Source: a virus (taxonomy: Duplodnaviria; Caudoviricetes). From it: a DNA stretch of 53,023 nt. The stretch covers positions 1 through 53,023 of IMG/VR virus record IMGVR_UViG_3300012988_000007. One strand, 5' to 3'. The translations under genes were made by a program, and so were the position numbers. A model generated the notes under the pieces. It did no database searches, had not been told where the DNA came from, and saw only the letters and a list, made by a program, of their open reading frames with translations. This document shows positions 26,303 through 37,342 of this stretch, in pieces (positions within the stretch are counted from its first letter, which is position 1; the number at the start of each line of letters is the position of its first letter).

Positions 26303-27817
26303 ATGCCTTCAAATTCAATTCCTTCAAATTGGATAAGCCGAATAGTTGGCTACACAAACACAAGGGGCAACTTTCAGACAGTTTCACCCAATTTGCCGCA
26401 GTCTATCGCACTTTTCGGAGAAGCAAATGACGCAAACCAAACAGGATTAGACCTGACACCCACAGAGGTGACGACATCGCAACAAGTAGGGCAAAAGTAT
26501 GGATACGGCTCCCCTTTGCATATTATGGCTAGAATATTACTACCTAGCTCAAACAATGGCGTTTCTGGTATTCCCGTAACGATTTATCCGCAATTAAAGG
26601 CGGTAAGTTCCGCCGCTAAAGAGTATTCTATTACCCCCACAGGCACAGCAACAGCAAACGGAACCCACTATATCAAAATTGCAGGAAGAAATGGGCTTGA
26701 TGGTCAGTTTTACGCAGTAAATATAGAGATTGGGGATACTGTTACGACCTTGTGTAGTAAAATATCAGACTCTATAAATGCAGTACTTGGATGTCCTTTT
26801 ACAGCATTTAGTGAAGGTGATGACGCCTTTTTAACCGCTAAATGGTCTGGATTAACCTCAAACGATCTTACAGTATCGGTTGATACGCAAGGCAAAGCGC
26901 TAGGATTTACTTATGTTGTAGCTAGCGAGCAAAATGGTGCTGGCACACCTTCAATTGCATCTTCTTTGACATTTGATAACATTTGGCATACAATAGTTGT
27001 TAATCCTTACGCTGGTTCTACTACGGTAATGGACGCACTAGAGGCTTATAATGGACTTCCAAATGATACAAACCCAACAGGCAGATTCAGAGGCGACATA
27101 TTCAAGCCGTTTATCGCAATTACTGGGTCTGTAGATGACGATCCGAGTACTATTACATCAGCAAGGTTAGATAATTGTACAATAGCAATAGCCCCTGCGC
27201 CTAATAGTTTAGGACTTCCAATGGAGGCAAGCGCAAATATGACAGTATTGTTTGCTAACTTGTCGCAAAATACGCCAGACTTGGATGTTGGAGGGTTAAC
27301 ATATCCAGACATGCCAACTCCTACAAGCGCTGGCACAATGCAAACAGCAGCAAACAGAAACACATTGGTTCAGATGGGCACTTCTACTGCTGATGTGATC
27401 AACGGTAAATATAGGGTTCAAGACTTTGTTACCACATACGCACCAATAGGCGAAAATCCGCCACAGTACAGGTATTGCAGAAACTTGATGTTAGATTTTA
27501 ACGTAAGATTCTCATATATGCTACTTGAAGAACTGTATGTGATAGGCGCCGTGATTGCAAACGATGACGATGTTGTGTTGTCATCTAAGGTAATCAAACC
27601 TAAAACATGGAAAGGCAAAGTTTCAGACTTGGCCGATCAACTGGTACAGCGGGGTTTGTTAGTTGATTCAAAGTTCATGAAAGACGGTATTGTTGTGAAC
27701 ATAAGCACGGTTAATCCTGATAGATTAGAAACATTCTTCCCTTATAAGAGGTCAGGAGTTGCGAGGATTGCAAGTACTACGGCTCAGGCAGGTTTTAATT
27801 TCGGCACTTTAAGTTAA
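26303..27817 (+). CDS. Tail sheath protein (Mu gpL-like)
   Basis: YGYGSPLHIMA, ITPTGTATANGT, LTAKWSG, VTTY, NPDRL. Confidence 0.85.
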   Translation: MPSNSIPSNWISRIVGYTNTRGNFQTVSPNLPQSIALFGEANDANQTGLDLTPTEVTTSQQVGQKYGYGSPLHIMARILLPSSNNGVSGIPVTIYPQLKAVSSAAKEYSITPTGTATANGTHYIKIAGRNGLDGQFYAVNIEIGDTVTTLCSKISDSINAVLGCPFTAFSEGDDAFLTAKWSGLTSNDLTVSVDTQGKALGFTYVVASEQNGAGTPSIASSLTFDNIWHTIVVNPYAGSTTVMDALEAYNGLPNDTNPTGRFRGDIFKPFIAITGSVDDDPSTITSARLDNCTIAIAPAPNSLGLPMEASANMTVLFANLSQNTPDLDVGGLTYPDMPTPTSAGTMQTAANRNTLVQMGTSTADVINGKYRVQDFVTTYAPIGENPPQYRYCRNLMLDFNVRFSYMLLEELYVIGAVIANDDDVVLSSKVIKPKTWKGKVSDLADQLVQRGLLVDSKFMKDGIVVNISTVNPDRLETFFPYKRSGVARIASTTAQAGFNFGTLS

Positions 27818-27821
27818 AAAT

Positions 27822-28229
27822 ATGGCAACAGGAGGAGATTTATTAGACGTTAACTGGACACACCCAACATTGGGACAAGGGACGTTTTATTTTAAGGCTG
27901 GCGAAGATTCCATGCTAAAAATGGGGGGCTTTGTATCGGCTGATGAAGATAACAATATTGACGGATCAGGAACTAGGATTGACAAATTATCCCGTACAGT
28001 TCCTTATATTAAAGGGACTTGTGTTAATGATATGTCAACAGGTACTTTAGAGCAAATTATGGCATTGGCCTCTAGTCCAACGTCTGCGACATACGTGTTT
28101 ACATGGATTAATGGTCATGTATACAAGATTGTTGGAGGCAAGCCAGTAGGAGACATCGAAGGAAATGTAAATGCTTCTACATTCGACCTTAAAATCGCTG
28201 GTTCAAACGTAGCCCAAAAATTAACATAA
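27822..28229 (+). CDS. Tail tube protein
   Basis: Size and position after the sheath gene. Confidence 0.7.
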   Translation: MATGGDLLDVNWTHPTLGQGTFYFKAGEDSMLKMGGFVSADEDNNIDGSGTRIDKLSRTVPYIKGTCVNDMSTGTLEQIMALASSPTSATYVFTWINGHVYKIVGGKPVGDIEGNVNASTFDLKIAGSNVAQKLT

Positions 28230-28642
28230 TGGCAAAAGAAACAAAAAAAGCGTTACCCGAAGAAATCGCAGTACAAGAGATTAATTCTTGGCTTGACTAC
28301 AAAAAGATTGACGATTTTCAACGTGAGCAGTCAGAAGAACACATTAAGTCTATGGTTTCATATATGAAGTCGGGTAATTTGGTTCTTAACTCTGATTTTA
28401 GTTTTACCCATATTCTTAAGTTCCCAATTGGTCAAGATTCACAAACTACCGAGTTTGTTTACAAAGCCAGAATCACAGAAAGGGAGATAAGCGGGAAAAT
28501 GCACGGAATAAAGGCGGATGATGGTGATGGTCGTTTAGCCGCTCACATTGCAGCACTTAGCGGTCAGGTCCTTGGCATGGTCAAAGCTATGGATAAAGAG
28601 GACTTTAAAATCGCAAGATCAATTGCCCTTTTTTTTGTATAA
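28229..28642 (+). CDS. Tail assembly chaperone
   Basis: Between tube and tape measure; ends ALFFV on a T8 run. Confidence 0.75.
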   Translation: MAKETKKALPEEIAVQEINSWLDYKKIDDFQREQSEEHIKSMVSYMKSGNLVLNSDFSFTHILKFPIGQDSQTTEFVYKARITEREISGKMHGIKADDGDGRLAAHIAALSGQVLGMVKAMDKEDFKIARSIALFFV

Positions 28643-28800
28643 TAGATCAAGAAAATTTGAGCAACGCCATTAAGACCGTTGTAAGAGAACACCACTGGGA
28701 ACCAAATACAATCGGTTCCCTTTTTATTGACAGACAAGACCATTTAGGGCTACTGTATTGGGCTGATGACGTAAGAGAAACTTATAAAAAGAAAGAATGA
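28629..28800 (+). CDS. -1 frameshift extension of the tail chaperone (P2 gpE'-like)
   Basis: T8 slippery run 28629-28636; -1 frame reads CIIDQENL...HHWEP...KKKE to a TGA overlapping the tape-measure ATG. Confidence 0.75.
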
Positions 28801-30506
28801 AAGCATTTACTTTACCAACAATATTCACGGCAGTAAATAAATTCACATCTGTAGTATCTACAATGTCGAATAGTCTTTCCAAGTTCTCAGCAAAAGCACA
28901 GGCGGTTCAAAAAAAGGTAAATACTGCATTCACAAGCCTAGGAGGCAATTATTTAGTACCAGCAGTAGTAGCAGGGTTGGGGGCTGTTGGGTATGCTATC
29001 AAAAAGGTTATAAACGAAGCTTCCAAAATTGAGAATGCAGAGTCGTTCTATACCCCATTGATGGGAAGTACAGCAAGGGCCACCGAATTAGTCCGAAGGC
29101 TTACAGAAGAAGCCGCGACAACTCCATTTGTTTTTGAGGATATTAGTAAAACGGCAGGATCACTATTACCAGTTATGAACGGTGATATTGATTCGGTTAT
29201 AAAGTCGTTTAGATTTTTAGGTGATACGGCAGGTGGAAACGTTGATAAACTAAACAGGGTTACATTAGGCTATACAAAGGCCTTACTTAAGGGTAAAGTA
29301 ACATTAGAATCTTTGAATATTATTGCAGAGGCGGGGGTTCCTATTTTTGCTCAAATGGCAAAATCTATGAATTTGGGTGAAGGTGTAAAAGGTACTGCAA
29401 AACTATTCAAGTTGATAACAAAAGGAAAGGTATCAACCGAAGCTTTAACAAAAACATTTGAGATGATGACTTCTGAGGGAGGTATATTCTTTCAAGGAAT
29501 GGTTATTTCTTCAAAGACATTTACGGGCGTAATGTCAACACTGGAAGATAATATATCGATGACAGCCGCATCAATTGGCAAAGAGTTACTGCCTTACGCC
29601 AAAGATTTTGCATTGCAGGCTATAAAGGTAACCGATAATATAAGGGCGTGGGTATCTCAAAACAAAGAGCTAATTGCAAGCAAATTTAAGGAGTTCATGA
29701 AAGGAGCCGTTTCATTTGCTCAGAAACTATGGGTAGCAGCTAAGTTTATTTGGGAGAACTGGGAAAAGATAGTTTTCTGGTTCAAGATATATATAGGGTT
29801 ATTGGTAGTATTAAAGGCTGTATCTATAGGTATTACCATTGCTACTACAGCAACATTACTATTAGAAGGCGCTACTACGGCATTGACTGCTGCCCAATGG
29901 CTTCTTAATGCTGCCATGATGGCGAATCCAATCGGATTGATGATAGCAGGGATAGTATTGTTAATTGCTGTGGTTGTTCTGATTGTCAAATACTATGAGC
30001 AATGGGGAGCAGCTGCTAATTTAGTTTTGGCAATCTTTCTCCCTGGGCTAGCATTAGTTATAGGTCTAGTAATGTCTTTTAGAAAAAATTGGGAGCGAAT
30101 CACCACGGCCTTTAGACAAGGGGGGATATTGGAGGGCATAAAAGCAATAGGTAGTACTCTGTTAGACATTGTATTGCAACCACTAGAGCAGATACTATCT
30201 ATAATTGCTGATATTACTGGTTTTGATTGGGCTGCCAACGCCTCTAAATCTATCAACAAGTTTAGGGCTGATATGGGCGTGACTATGGTCGGAGAAGATA
30301 GGACTATCCAAGACAAGAGAGAGAATTACGTTTCTTTGATCAACCCTCATGAAGAGCGCGAAAAACAACTAGAGAGGCAAAGCGTATTCTTTGGTAAGTC
30401 TATGTTGCAAATGGACATTAATACACCACAAGGGACAACGGCCTCTGTTAAAGAAAAAACGGGTATACCAATTAAATTAGGTTCTACACATGAGTTTGGT
30501 AAGTAA
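28797..30506 (+). CDS. Tape measure protein
   Basis: AATTPF, GVPIF, LNAAMMANPIGL; Ala/Gly-rich with hydrophobic segments. Confidence 0.9.
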   Translation: MKAFTLPTIFTAVNKFTSVVSTMSNSLSKFSAKAQAVQKKVNTAFTSLGGNYLVPAVVAGLGAVGYAIKKVINEASKIENAESFYTPLMGSTARATELVRRLTEEAATTPFVFEDISKTAGSLLPVMNGDIDSVIKSFRFLGDTAGGNVDKLNRVTLGYTKALLKGKVTLESLNIIAEAGVPIFAQMAKSMNLGEGVKGTAKLFKLITKGKVSTEALTKTFEMMTSEGGIFFQGMVISSKTFTGVMSTLEDNISMTAASIGKELLPYAKDFALQAIKVTDNIRAWVSQNKELIASKFKEFMKGAVSFAQKLWVAAKFIWENWEKIVFWFKIYIGLLVVLKAVSIGITIATTATLLLEGATTALTAAQWLLNAAMMANPIGLMIAGIVLLIAVVVLIVKYYEQWGAAANLVLAIFLPGLALVIGLVMSFRKNWERITTAFRQGGILEGIKAIGSTLLDIVLQPLEQILSIIADITGFDWAANASKSINKFRADMGVTMVGEDRTIQDKRENYVSLINPHEEREKQLERQSVFFGKSMLQMDINTPQGTTASVKEKTGIPIKLGSTHEFGK

Positions 30507-30993
30507 CTTTGATATTGGATTAGTAGATACGGGAGATGGGGGCGATTTCTTAATAGAAAGCAATGACCTATCAGTTATAGACTTTATTGAGAACCAAACA
30601 TATTTAGCTTTGTTTGGTGGCAATATTGAGGCTTCTACCGAAAACAAACGAATCACGGGAACCATATCTAAGGATTATTGGGGTAACAATCTGTTGATGT
30701 TTGCAAACAAGCCTATTCAATATAATAGCGCAACAGAGGAAGCATTAATAACTACTCCGCTAACATCAGCAGGACGAACAAAAATAATCACAGCGATAAA
30801 ACAAGATTTACAATTTTTGGTAGAATTGGGAATTGTGGTTAATATTGATGCAAAGATAGTAGCAACCGACAGGATAGAGATTCTTATTGAAACGATCTAC
30901 CAAGAAAGAAAGAATATTAAAATACTGACATACACTAAAAGGTTGTCGGATGGGGATTTCTCATACGAAGACTTTAACGACGATTTTTATTAA
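30490..30993 (+). CDS. Baseplate protein (Mu gp46-like)
   Basis: DGGDF, YLALFGG, YWGN; precedes the baseplate J gene. Confidence 0.65.
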   Translation: MSLVSNFDIGLVDTGDGGDFLIESNDLSVIDFIENQTYLALFGGNIEASTENKRITGTISKDYWGNNLLMFANKPIQYNSATEEALITTPLTSAGRTKIITAIKQDLQFLVELGIVVNIDAKIVATDRIEILIETIYQERKNIKILTYTKRLSDGDFSYEDFNDDFY

Positions 30994-30994
30994 T

Positions 30995-32170
30995 ATGATA
31001 ACGATTCCAATACTTAAACAGCTTTGCGATGACACTGTAGCAGAAATAGAGGCTCAATACGGCAATACTATTTCAACGATAGGAAAGAGTGCTCTTAGGG
31101 CCGTAGCTTATACATTAGGGGCAAAAATGAAGCTATTGTATTTAGCTTTGGGAGAAGTACAGAAAAACATGCTGCCAGATATAGCAGATAGCGAGTCTGT
31201 TGGTGGAACGTTGGAGAGATGGGGAGCCGTAAAACTAGGCCGTCAACCATACGGATCGACACAAGGGCAATACTTAGTAACCGTTACTGGGTCTATTGGG
31301 GCGGTAGTACCAGGACAAACAACATTCTTAAGCAATGATTCCTCGAAGAATCCGCAAAAAATGTTTATCTTGGATTTGCCTCATACCATGGTTACCACGT
31401 CCGATACGATTACCCTAAGGGCTTTGGAGGGAGGGATAGAATCCTCTTTAAATAATCTCGATACACTTACAAGTACTTCCCCTATTGCACTAGTTGACAG
31501 TACTGCAACGGTAGTATCTGAATCAATACAGCCCCTTAGTGCAGAGGATATAGAATCGTATCGGCTTGATGTAATTAGGTCTTTTCGGTTACAACCGCAA
31601 GGCGGATCTGCAGTAGATTATATATTGTGGTCGCAAGACGTACAAGGCGTTAAGACGGTATACCCGTACGCAGCAAGTGGCTTCGACAATAGAGTAGATT
31701 TGTACATAGAATCGGATATTGCTGATTCAACAGATGGTAAGGGAACGCCAAGCACCCCAATGATTGACGCAGTGGAGACGGTTGTAAACTTTAATCCAGA
31801 TACTTCACTACCTTTAAATAAGAGGGGCAGAAGGCCATTGCAAGTAATTGTAAATTATCATCCAATAACTGTTTTGGAAATTGACATTACAATAGGTGGA
31901 TATATAGGTGCTACCACAGAAATACAAGCATTGATAACCTCGGCATTAACTGACTATGTGGGTTCGGTTAGACCATTTGTAGACAGTGCGGATGTGATCG
32001 CAAACAAAAATGATATTATTGATGCAAACAATCTAAGTGCTGTAATTTTATCGGCCACTCCTGGCGCTTCGTTTGCGACCCCTACATTTACAGTTAACTC
32101 GGTATCAGAAACATCGTATCAGTTCTTATTGGGCAATATCCCATATTTAAATAGTGTTACATTTGTATGA
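30995..32170 (+). CDS. Baseplate J / Mu gp47-like wedge protein (start moved to ATG 30995)
   Basis: LPDIAD...LERWG, PQGGSAVDYILW. Confidence 0.85.
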   Translation: MITIPILKQLCDDTVAEIEAQYGNTISTIGKSALRAVAYTLGAKMKLLYLALGEVQKNMLPDIADSESVGGTLERWGAVKLGRQPYGSTQGQYLVTVTGSIGAVVPGQTTFLSNDSSKNPQKMFILDLPHTMVTTSDTITLRALEGGIESSLNNLDTLTSTSPIALVDSTATVVSESIQPLSAEDIESYRLDVIRSFRLQPQGGSAVDYILWSQDVQGVKTVYPYAASGFDNRVDLYIESDIADSTDGKGTPSTPMIDAVETVVNFNPDTSLPLNKRGRRPLQVIVNYHPITVLEIDITIGGYIGATTEIQALITSALTDYVGSVRPFVDSADVIANKNDIIDANNLSAVILSATPGASFATPTFTVNSVSETSYQFLLGNIPYLNSVTFV

Positions 32171-32877
32171 TAGATATTAAGGATGATTTATTAGCATGCG
32201 ATAGGCAATTATACCCAACAGGTAGGGCATTTGCTATGCCTGTTGGTGGAATACTTGAATCATTACATATTGCTTTAAACAATATTCAAAATATCTCATA
32301 CAACGACATTATTAGTTTGCTTGATGGGCTAATACCCGATAATGACGGGTTTACCGAGGATGATGCAAGCAACTGGGAGCGAGTCTATGGATTGACAAAA
32401 AACAGTGTCCTAGATTTGGCGACTAGAAAAAAGGCGTTACTTCAGGTAATAGCATATCCAAACGGACAACCAGCAAGATCGCATTATTTGTTCTTGCAGG
32501 ATCAGTTGCAACAAGCTGGATTTGATGTTTGGATTCATGAAAACATATTTGATGACGGAATGGGTGGTTTTGTTGCGAAAACACCTTTAGAAGTATACGG
32601 AATTTCGGAGCTAACCGCTGTACAATATGGCGATAGGCAATATGGGGATACCGAATATGGACAGTACTATACTAACAAGATCGCCAACTATATAGACGAA
32701 AAACTAGATTTGCCTTTTGATTTAGGGTCTAGTCTTTCGGGGACATTCTTTATAGGCGGTGAGACATTGGGGACATTTGCGGATGTACCCTTAATACGTA
32801 AAAACGAGTTTAGACAATTGATTTTAAAAACAAAGCCCTTAAATAATGTAGGGTTCATATTTGTAAACTATATATAA
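32167..32877 (+). CDS. Baseplate protein (Mu gp48/YmfQ-like)
   Basis: LYPTGRAF, WERVYGL, KTKP. Confidence 0.8.
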   Translation: MIDIKDDLLACDRQLYPTGRAFAMPVGGILESLHIALNNIQNISYNDIISLLDGLIPDNDGFTEDDASNWERVYGLTKNSVLDLATRKKALLQVIAYPNGQPARSHYLFLQDQLQQAGFDVWIHENIFDDGMGGFVAKTPLEVYGISELTAVQYGDRQYGDTEYGQYYTNKIANYIDEKLDLPFDLGSSLSGTFFIGGETLGTFADVPLIRKNEFRQLILKTKPLNNVGFIFVNYI

Positions 32878-32878
32878 T

Positions 32879-33481
32879 ATGGCAAAAGGATTAGGTAATT
32901 ACCCAAATATAATACCAGCAAGCGCAGACTTCCCAAATGGCCAAATTAAGGATAATCCAGGAGATGGGAGCGGAACCCCTGTAAATCAGTTTACAAACTC
33001 GGACATACAAGAATTCTTTGCAAAAATGATGCGTGTTGCGGGGATAACGCCAAATGGGAACTTTGACAAGGACTCTAATAATGAGTTCTTAAGGTCAATG
33101 GTAAAGCTATTTGACGGAGACTGGACAACAATCACATCGACGGCAGATGTATCCGTAAACATTCCTAGCCCATCAACAATAGTAGGATACAGAATGATGT
33201 ATAAGCAAACATTCAGAGACGTGATCTGCTCTTTTTATGTTGGATTTACAACAGCGGTAACCAGCTATGTTGATATATACTTGCCTTTGCCTATCAATGC
33301 TGACACGAGCGTTGACGTTGTAGGGTCGTGCGCAATTGGAAATACGACAACTAATATGTGTGGAAAGGTATCGCTATTGGGGCCAGCAACGTTGTTTGTA
33401 AGGTCGCAAGGCTCTATTACAGGATCGATTGAGGTTATGGGGGAATTCAGATACAAAAAACAAACACAATACACGTTTTAA
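32879..33481 (+). CDS. Short tail fibre / baseplate-attached protein
   Basis: GTPV...DIQEFF...AGITP N-terminal fibre-anchor motif. Confidence 0.6.
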   Translation: MAKGLGNYPNIIPASADFPNGQIKDNPGDGSGTPVNQFTNSDIQEFFAKMMRVAGITPNGNFDKDSNNEFLRSMVKLFDGDWTTITSTADVSVNIPSPSTIVGYRMMYKQTFRDVICSFYVGFTTAVTSYVDIYLPLPINADTSVDVVGSCAIGNTTTNMCGKVSLLGPATLFVRSQGSITGSIEVMGEFRYKKQTQYTF

Positions 33482-34200
33482 TGTTTCTGATAAACACGGA
33501 CTCGGTAAAAAAGTATTCAAAAAAGCTAGATTCTTTGAATCGTTCGGCTTTGCCTGTTGCAATACGGGAGAGCTTAAACGATTGCGCAAAAGATATGAAA
33601 ATGAATACTTTAATGAAAGAGTCCAAAGATTCGTTTATTAATCGTGAGCACAACTTCTTTAAGGCCAATTCTTCTTATGATAGAGCAACAGGCTTTAGTG
33701 TTAACCAAATGAAAGCGGTTATCGGAATGGTTGATGACCGATTAAAAGGGTCAAATAACTATTCGGTTAAAGACCTAGAGCAACAAGAGTCAGGTGGTAG
33801 AATAAAGAAAAAAGCTTTCATTCCAATGAAAAGCGCAAGGAAAAGCGGAAGCAATTCATTGGTAAGACCAAACGCAAGATTACAGAAAATAAAGACTATT
33901 GTTGATGTATCAAAACAAGACGGCACCAACAAGGGCGTTCAATTTGAATTAGCAGTTTTCAAGGCGGGTAAAGGCGGTTTTGTTTTAGCCAATAAGACCC
34001 TTTTTAAGGTAAATTCTGTTTTTAGGGAAAAAGGAGATACGAGATTTAAGCTTACCCCTCTTTATTCATTCAAAGCTAAGAGATCAGTAAAGGTAAGTGC
34101 TCATAACTTTGTGAAACGTGCGGGAAATGATTCTCGCGAAAAGATAGAGCAGTTTTTCCAAATAAGAGCTGAAAAAGAAATTTTAAAATATATGAAATGA
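33481..34200 (+). CDS. Tail completion/neck protein (lambda gpZ-like)
   Basis: Basic protein; ALPVAIRESLNDCA N-terminal helix. Confidence 0.45.
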   Translation: MFLINTDSVKKYSKKLDSLNRSALPVAIRESLNDCAKDMKMNTLMKESKDSFINREHNFFKANSSYDRATGFSVNQMKAVIGMVDDRLKGSNNYSVKDLEQQESGGRIKKKAFIPMKSARKSGSNSLVRPNARLQKIKTIVDVSKQDGTNKGVQFELAVFKAGKGGFVLANKTLFKVNSVFREKGDTRFKLTPLYSFKAKRSVKVSAHNFVKRAGNDSREKIEQFFQIRAEKEILKYMK

Positions 34201-35435
34201 GTTGGGTAGATAAAATAAATACAGGATTTAGCATTAAAACAGCAGATGGAAAATCATATACCGTTGACTGGATGAATGCGACAAAAAAGGTAGAGTATTT
34301 TATCTCTGAATTCAATTTCCCTAATCTTGCAGGATCGCTTGTTAATAGAGGGAAACCTAAAGGCGCTAGGTATGATATTGAAATATACTTTCAAGGGGAA
34401 AACAACATTGAAAAATCGCAAGAATTTAGAACCTCAGCAGACGACAATAGTAGACCTTGGGTTGTTATTCATCCTTTATACGGGCAAATATTAGCACAAC
34501 CAACAAGCTTAGAGTTTGATGATAACTCTTATAATGTAACGAAGATAACTGGACAATTAATAGAAACAATAGATCAAGACAACCCTAAAACGGTAATTGA
34601 TCCTATTGATAATATTTTGATCCAAAAGGAAAATCTTGATACTAATTTCACTAATTCATTGACTTATAAATTAAAGAGTCAAGACGTTGTGAATATGAAT
34701 CAGATTGCGGACACGGTTCATACAAGGACTATTCCAATACTTAAACTACCTGATGAAATATCGGCATATTACAACCTGTTTTATGCGACTAAATCTGCGA
34801 TAAACAACGCTATCCAGTCGCCCGTTGTTGCGATGCGTACTATACAAGCATTGATTTCGACTCCTGCTAATTTTACCACAGATGTAAAAGTTAGGCTTAA
34901 TTCATTATCAAGTCAATATGATGCATTAAAGGCTCAGATAGTACCAAAAAATAGCTATCAAAAAATAAACCCATCAACAAAACAAGTATTTCAGATTACT
35001 GGCGCGGCTTTGATTTCGGCTCAATTGGTCGCGGCCAGTACGCCATTACCAAACAATTATACCAACTCTACTACAGTAATTAATGTAATAGAAACACTAA
35101 TTATTAATTACAACACATTTTTGGTGGATTTGGATTCGATTCAGACAGCCACAGGAGGTAAAGCTGATTCTTTTATACCTGATTGGCTTTCGTTTATGGC
35201 TCTAAACGAGTTAATGAATACGGTAATTTCAAACCTATTCATAATAGCACTTAACGGGAAGCAAGAGCGTAAAATATTGTTGGATCAAGATACTAACATC
35301 GTGTTATTAACGCACAAGCTATATGGTCTTGACGAATTCGACAACAACATAGATGAATTAATGGCAAACAATGGATGGGGTCTGAATCAATGCATACAGA
35401 TCAGAAAAAACACTGAGGTTAAATACTATATATGA
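34197..35435 (+). CDS. Mu gp43-like DNA circularisation / tail protein
   Basis: EFNFP...NRG...IHPLYG N-terminal domain; C-terminal KLYG...ELMANN. Confidence 0.7.
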   Translation: MSWVDKINTGFSIKTADGKSYTVDWMNATKKVEYFISEFNFPNLAGSLVNRGKPKGARYDIEIYFQGENNIEKSQEFRTSADDNSRPWVVIHPLYGQILAQPTSLEFDDNSYNVTKITGQLIETIDQDNPKTVIDPIDNILIQKENLDTNFTNSLTYKLKSQDVVNMNQIADTVHTRTIPILKLPDEISAYYNLFYATKSAINNAIQSPVVAMRTIQALISTPANFTTDVKVRLNSLSSQYDALKAQIVPKNSYQKINPSTKQVFQITGAALISAQLVAASTPLPNNYTNSTTVINVIETLIINYNTFLVDLDSIQTATGGKADSFIPDWLSFMALNELMNTVISNLFIIALNGKQERKILLDQDTNIVLLTHKLYGLDEFDNNIDELMANNGWGLNQCIQIRKNTEVKYYI

Positions 35436-36514
35436 TTTTAAAGATAAATGATAGGCTAAAGATTAGAACAATCGAGTACTTTAATTCATTCAAGATGAAT
35501 TTAAAGTATGACAGTATAGCCTCGTCATTTTCCTTTGATTTTTACTTTGATCCAGAAAACCACGACCAAGAAGAACTGGCTTGTGTGTCCCATTACCACG
35601 AGGCTATAATTGAGCATGAAGGCGTTAAAATAATGCACGGATATATACTGAGTCCAAAGTTTAAAGACTCAGCACAGAAGGCTATGGCTACGTTTTCTGG
35701 ATATTCTTTAACTGGCCCACTGCTTGATTGTAACATACCATTAGATACTTTTCCGCTACAATATGACGGGTTGTCTCTTAATCAAATATCAGACAAGCTA
35801 TTAAAACCTTTTGGTATAAATAAAAAAGTAGATGCTTCGGTAGCTCAAGAAATGAACAGAGCGTATGAGACAACCACGGCCAAGCCAGAGCAAACGGTTG
35901 CCGACTACCTTACAGAGCTAGCAAACCAAAGGAATATTATCATTACGCATACTAATGAAGGTGATTTATTATTCACACGACTAAACACAAAACAAACGCC
36001 TGTATTATTTGTACATGACGGGCTTATAGGAGTTGAAATGGAAATGGACTTTGGTGGTCAGAATCTACACAGCCATATTACGGTAATGAAACAGGCTGAT
36101 GACGGCGACTCATCGCAATACACTATTCAAAACCCGTTTGTGCCAGTAAAGAAAATATACAGGCCAAAGAACATAATCCAAACATCAGGGGACAATATTT
36201 CAGTAAAAAAAGCGGCTCAAAATGCCCTTGCTGCGGAACTTAGAAATATAACAGTAACGATAAAGGTTGATAGGTGGATGATAGGCGACCAGTTCATAAG
36301 GCCAAATACTATTATTTCAATTCTCAACAAAAATCTCTATATTTACAAAAAGACTAATTTCTTTGTGGAATCAGTTAGTTATGAGGGAGATTCAGAAGCA
36401 CTAACAGCAATAATAACATGCGTTTTGCCTTGTTGTTATGACGGGTCAGTTCCTTATAACATATTTGTTGATCCACACAAAAACAGCGCAACAGGATATA
36501 CGAGCAATATATAA
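35432..36514 (+). CDS. Baseplate hub protein (Mu gp44-like)
   Basis: LLDC, KPFGI, EGDLLF, RPNTII. Confidence 0.75.
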   Translation: MILKINDRLKIRTIEYFNSFKMNLKYDSIASSFSFDFYFDPENHDQEELACVSHYHEAIIEHEGVKIMHGYILSPKFKDSAQKAMATFSGYSLTGPLLDCNIPLDTFPLQYDGLSLNQISDKLLKPFGINKKVDASVAQEMNRAYETTTAKPEQTVADYLTELANQRNIIITHTNEGDLLFTRLNTKQTPVLFVHDGLIGVEMEMDFGGQNLHSHITVMKQADDGDSSQYTIQNPFVPVKKIYRPKNIIQTSGDNISVKKAAQNALAAELRNITVTIKVDRWMIGDQFIRPNTIISILNKNLYIYKKTNFFVESVSYEGDSEALTAIITCVLPCCYDGSVPYNIFVDPHKNSATGYTSNI

Positions 36515-37014
36515 TGCAGATTACAAAGGTAATATCAACACGTATAGGATCGGCCACAAGTCGACTGGTCAAGATATTGCGATTTGGCAAATCAGACGTT
36601 CAAGAACCAAGGCAATCTAGTGCATTTGGGATAGACTCAAATCCTGTCCCTAAGCTATTGGCCGTATACTCAGAAACAAGCGAGAACGGCAAAGCTGTGA
36701 TCTTAGGATACATAAACATTAACCAGTTGGCAGATATTGGCGAATGTCGCATATATTCCACCGATGAAAATAACTCTTTAAAGGCTTATTTATGGGCTAA
36801 AAACGATGGGGATTTGTTGGTTAATGGGGATACTGATAATTTGATTAGATACCTAAAGCTAAATCAAGGATTGCAGCAATTCGTAAATGATTTAAAGTTA
36901 GAGCTTACAGCTATACAGGCTGGGATTATTGCAGGAGGCGGAACATATACCCCAAATCCTGCGTTTCATTTAGATATTAGCGATTCAAAAATTGACAATG
37001 TAAAGACAAACTAA
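36514..37014 (+). CDS. Baseplate spike/assembly protein (Mu gp45-like)
   Basis: FGIDSNP, GECRIYS; follows the hub gene. Confidence 0.65.
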   Translation: MQITKVISTRIGSATSRLVKILRFGKSDVQEPRQSSAFGIDSNPVPKLLAVYSETSENGKAVILGYININQLADIGECRIYSTDENNSLKAYLWAKNDGDLLVNGDTDNLIRYLKLNQGLQQFVNDLKLELTAIQAGIIAGGGTYTPNPAFHLDISDSKIDNVKTN

Positions 37015-37015
37015 G

Positions 37016-37342
37016 ATGATAATTTACGACTCAGCAAATATATACATAGACGCACAACCAGACCTTTTGTCAAAGATAAACGCTCTTAATGCCGTTATTG
37101 ATGCGCTAGAAGCCACAGCCCTCAAAGCGGCTGGTAATGGGGATGTTGACGAATACGAGCTTGACAACGGACAAACAAAAATTCGGACTAGATACCGAAA
37201 CCCTTCTGAGGTGGCCAGGTCAATCACGGCCTTTGAAATCATAAGACAAAGATACATTAATAGATACAACAAGACTGGAATGGTGAGACTATCAGACCAG
37301 AATAATTTTAGACGCAATTATGGGTTTAACGGAACGTATTAG
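37016..37342 (+). CDS. Head-tail joining protein (gpW-like)
   Basis: Helix-hairpin-helix with EYELDNGQT; directly before the portal. Confidence 0.65.
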   Translation: MIIYDSANIYIDAQPDLLSKINALNAVIDALEATALKAAGNGDVDEYELDNGQTKIRTRYRNPSEVARSITAFEIIRQRYINRYNKTGMVRLSDQNNFRRNYGFNGTY

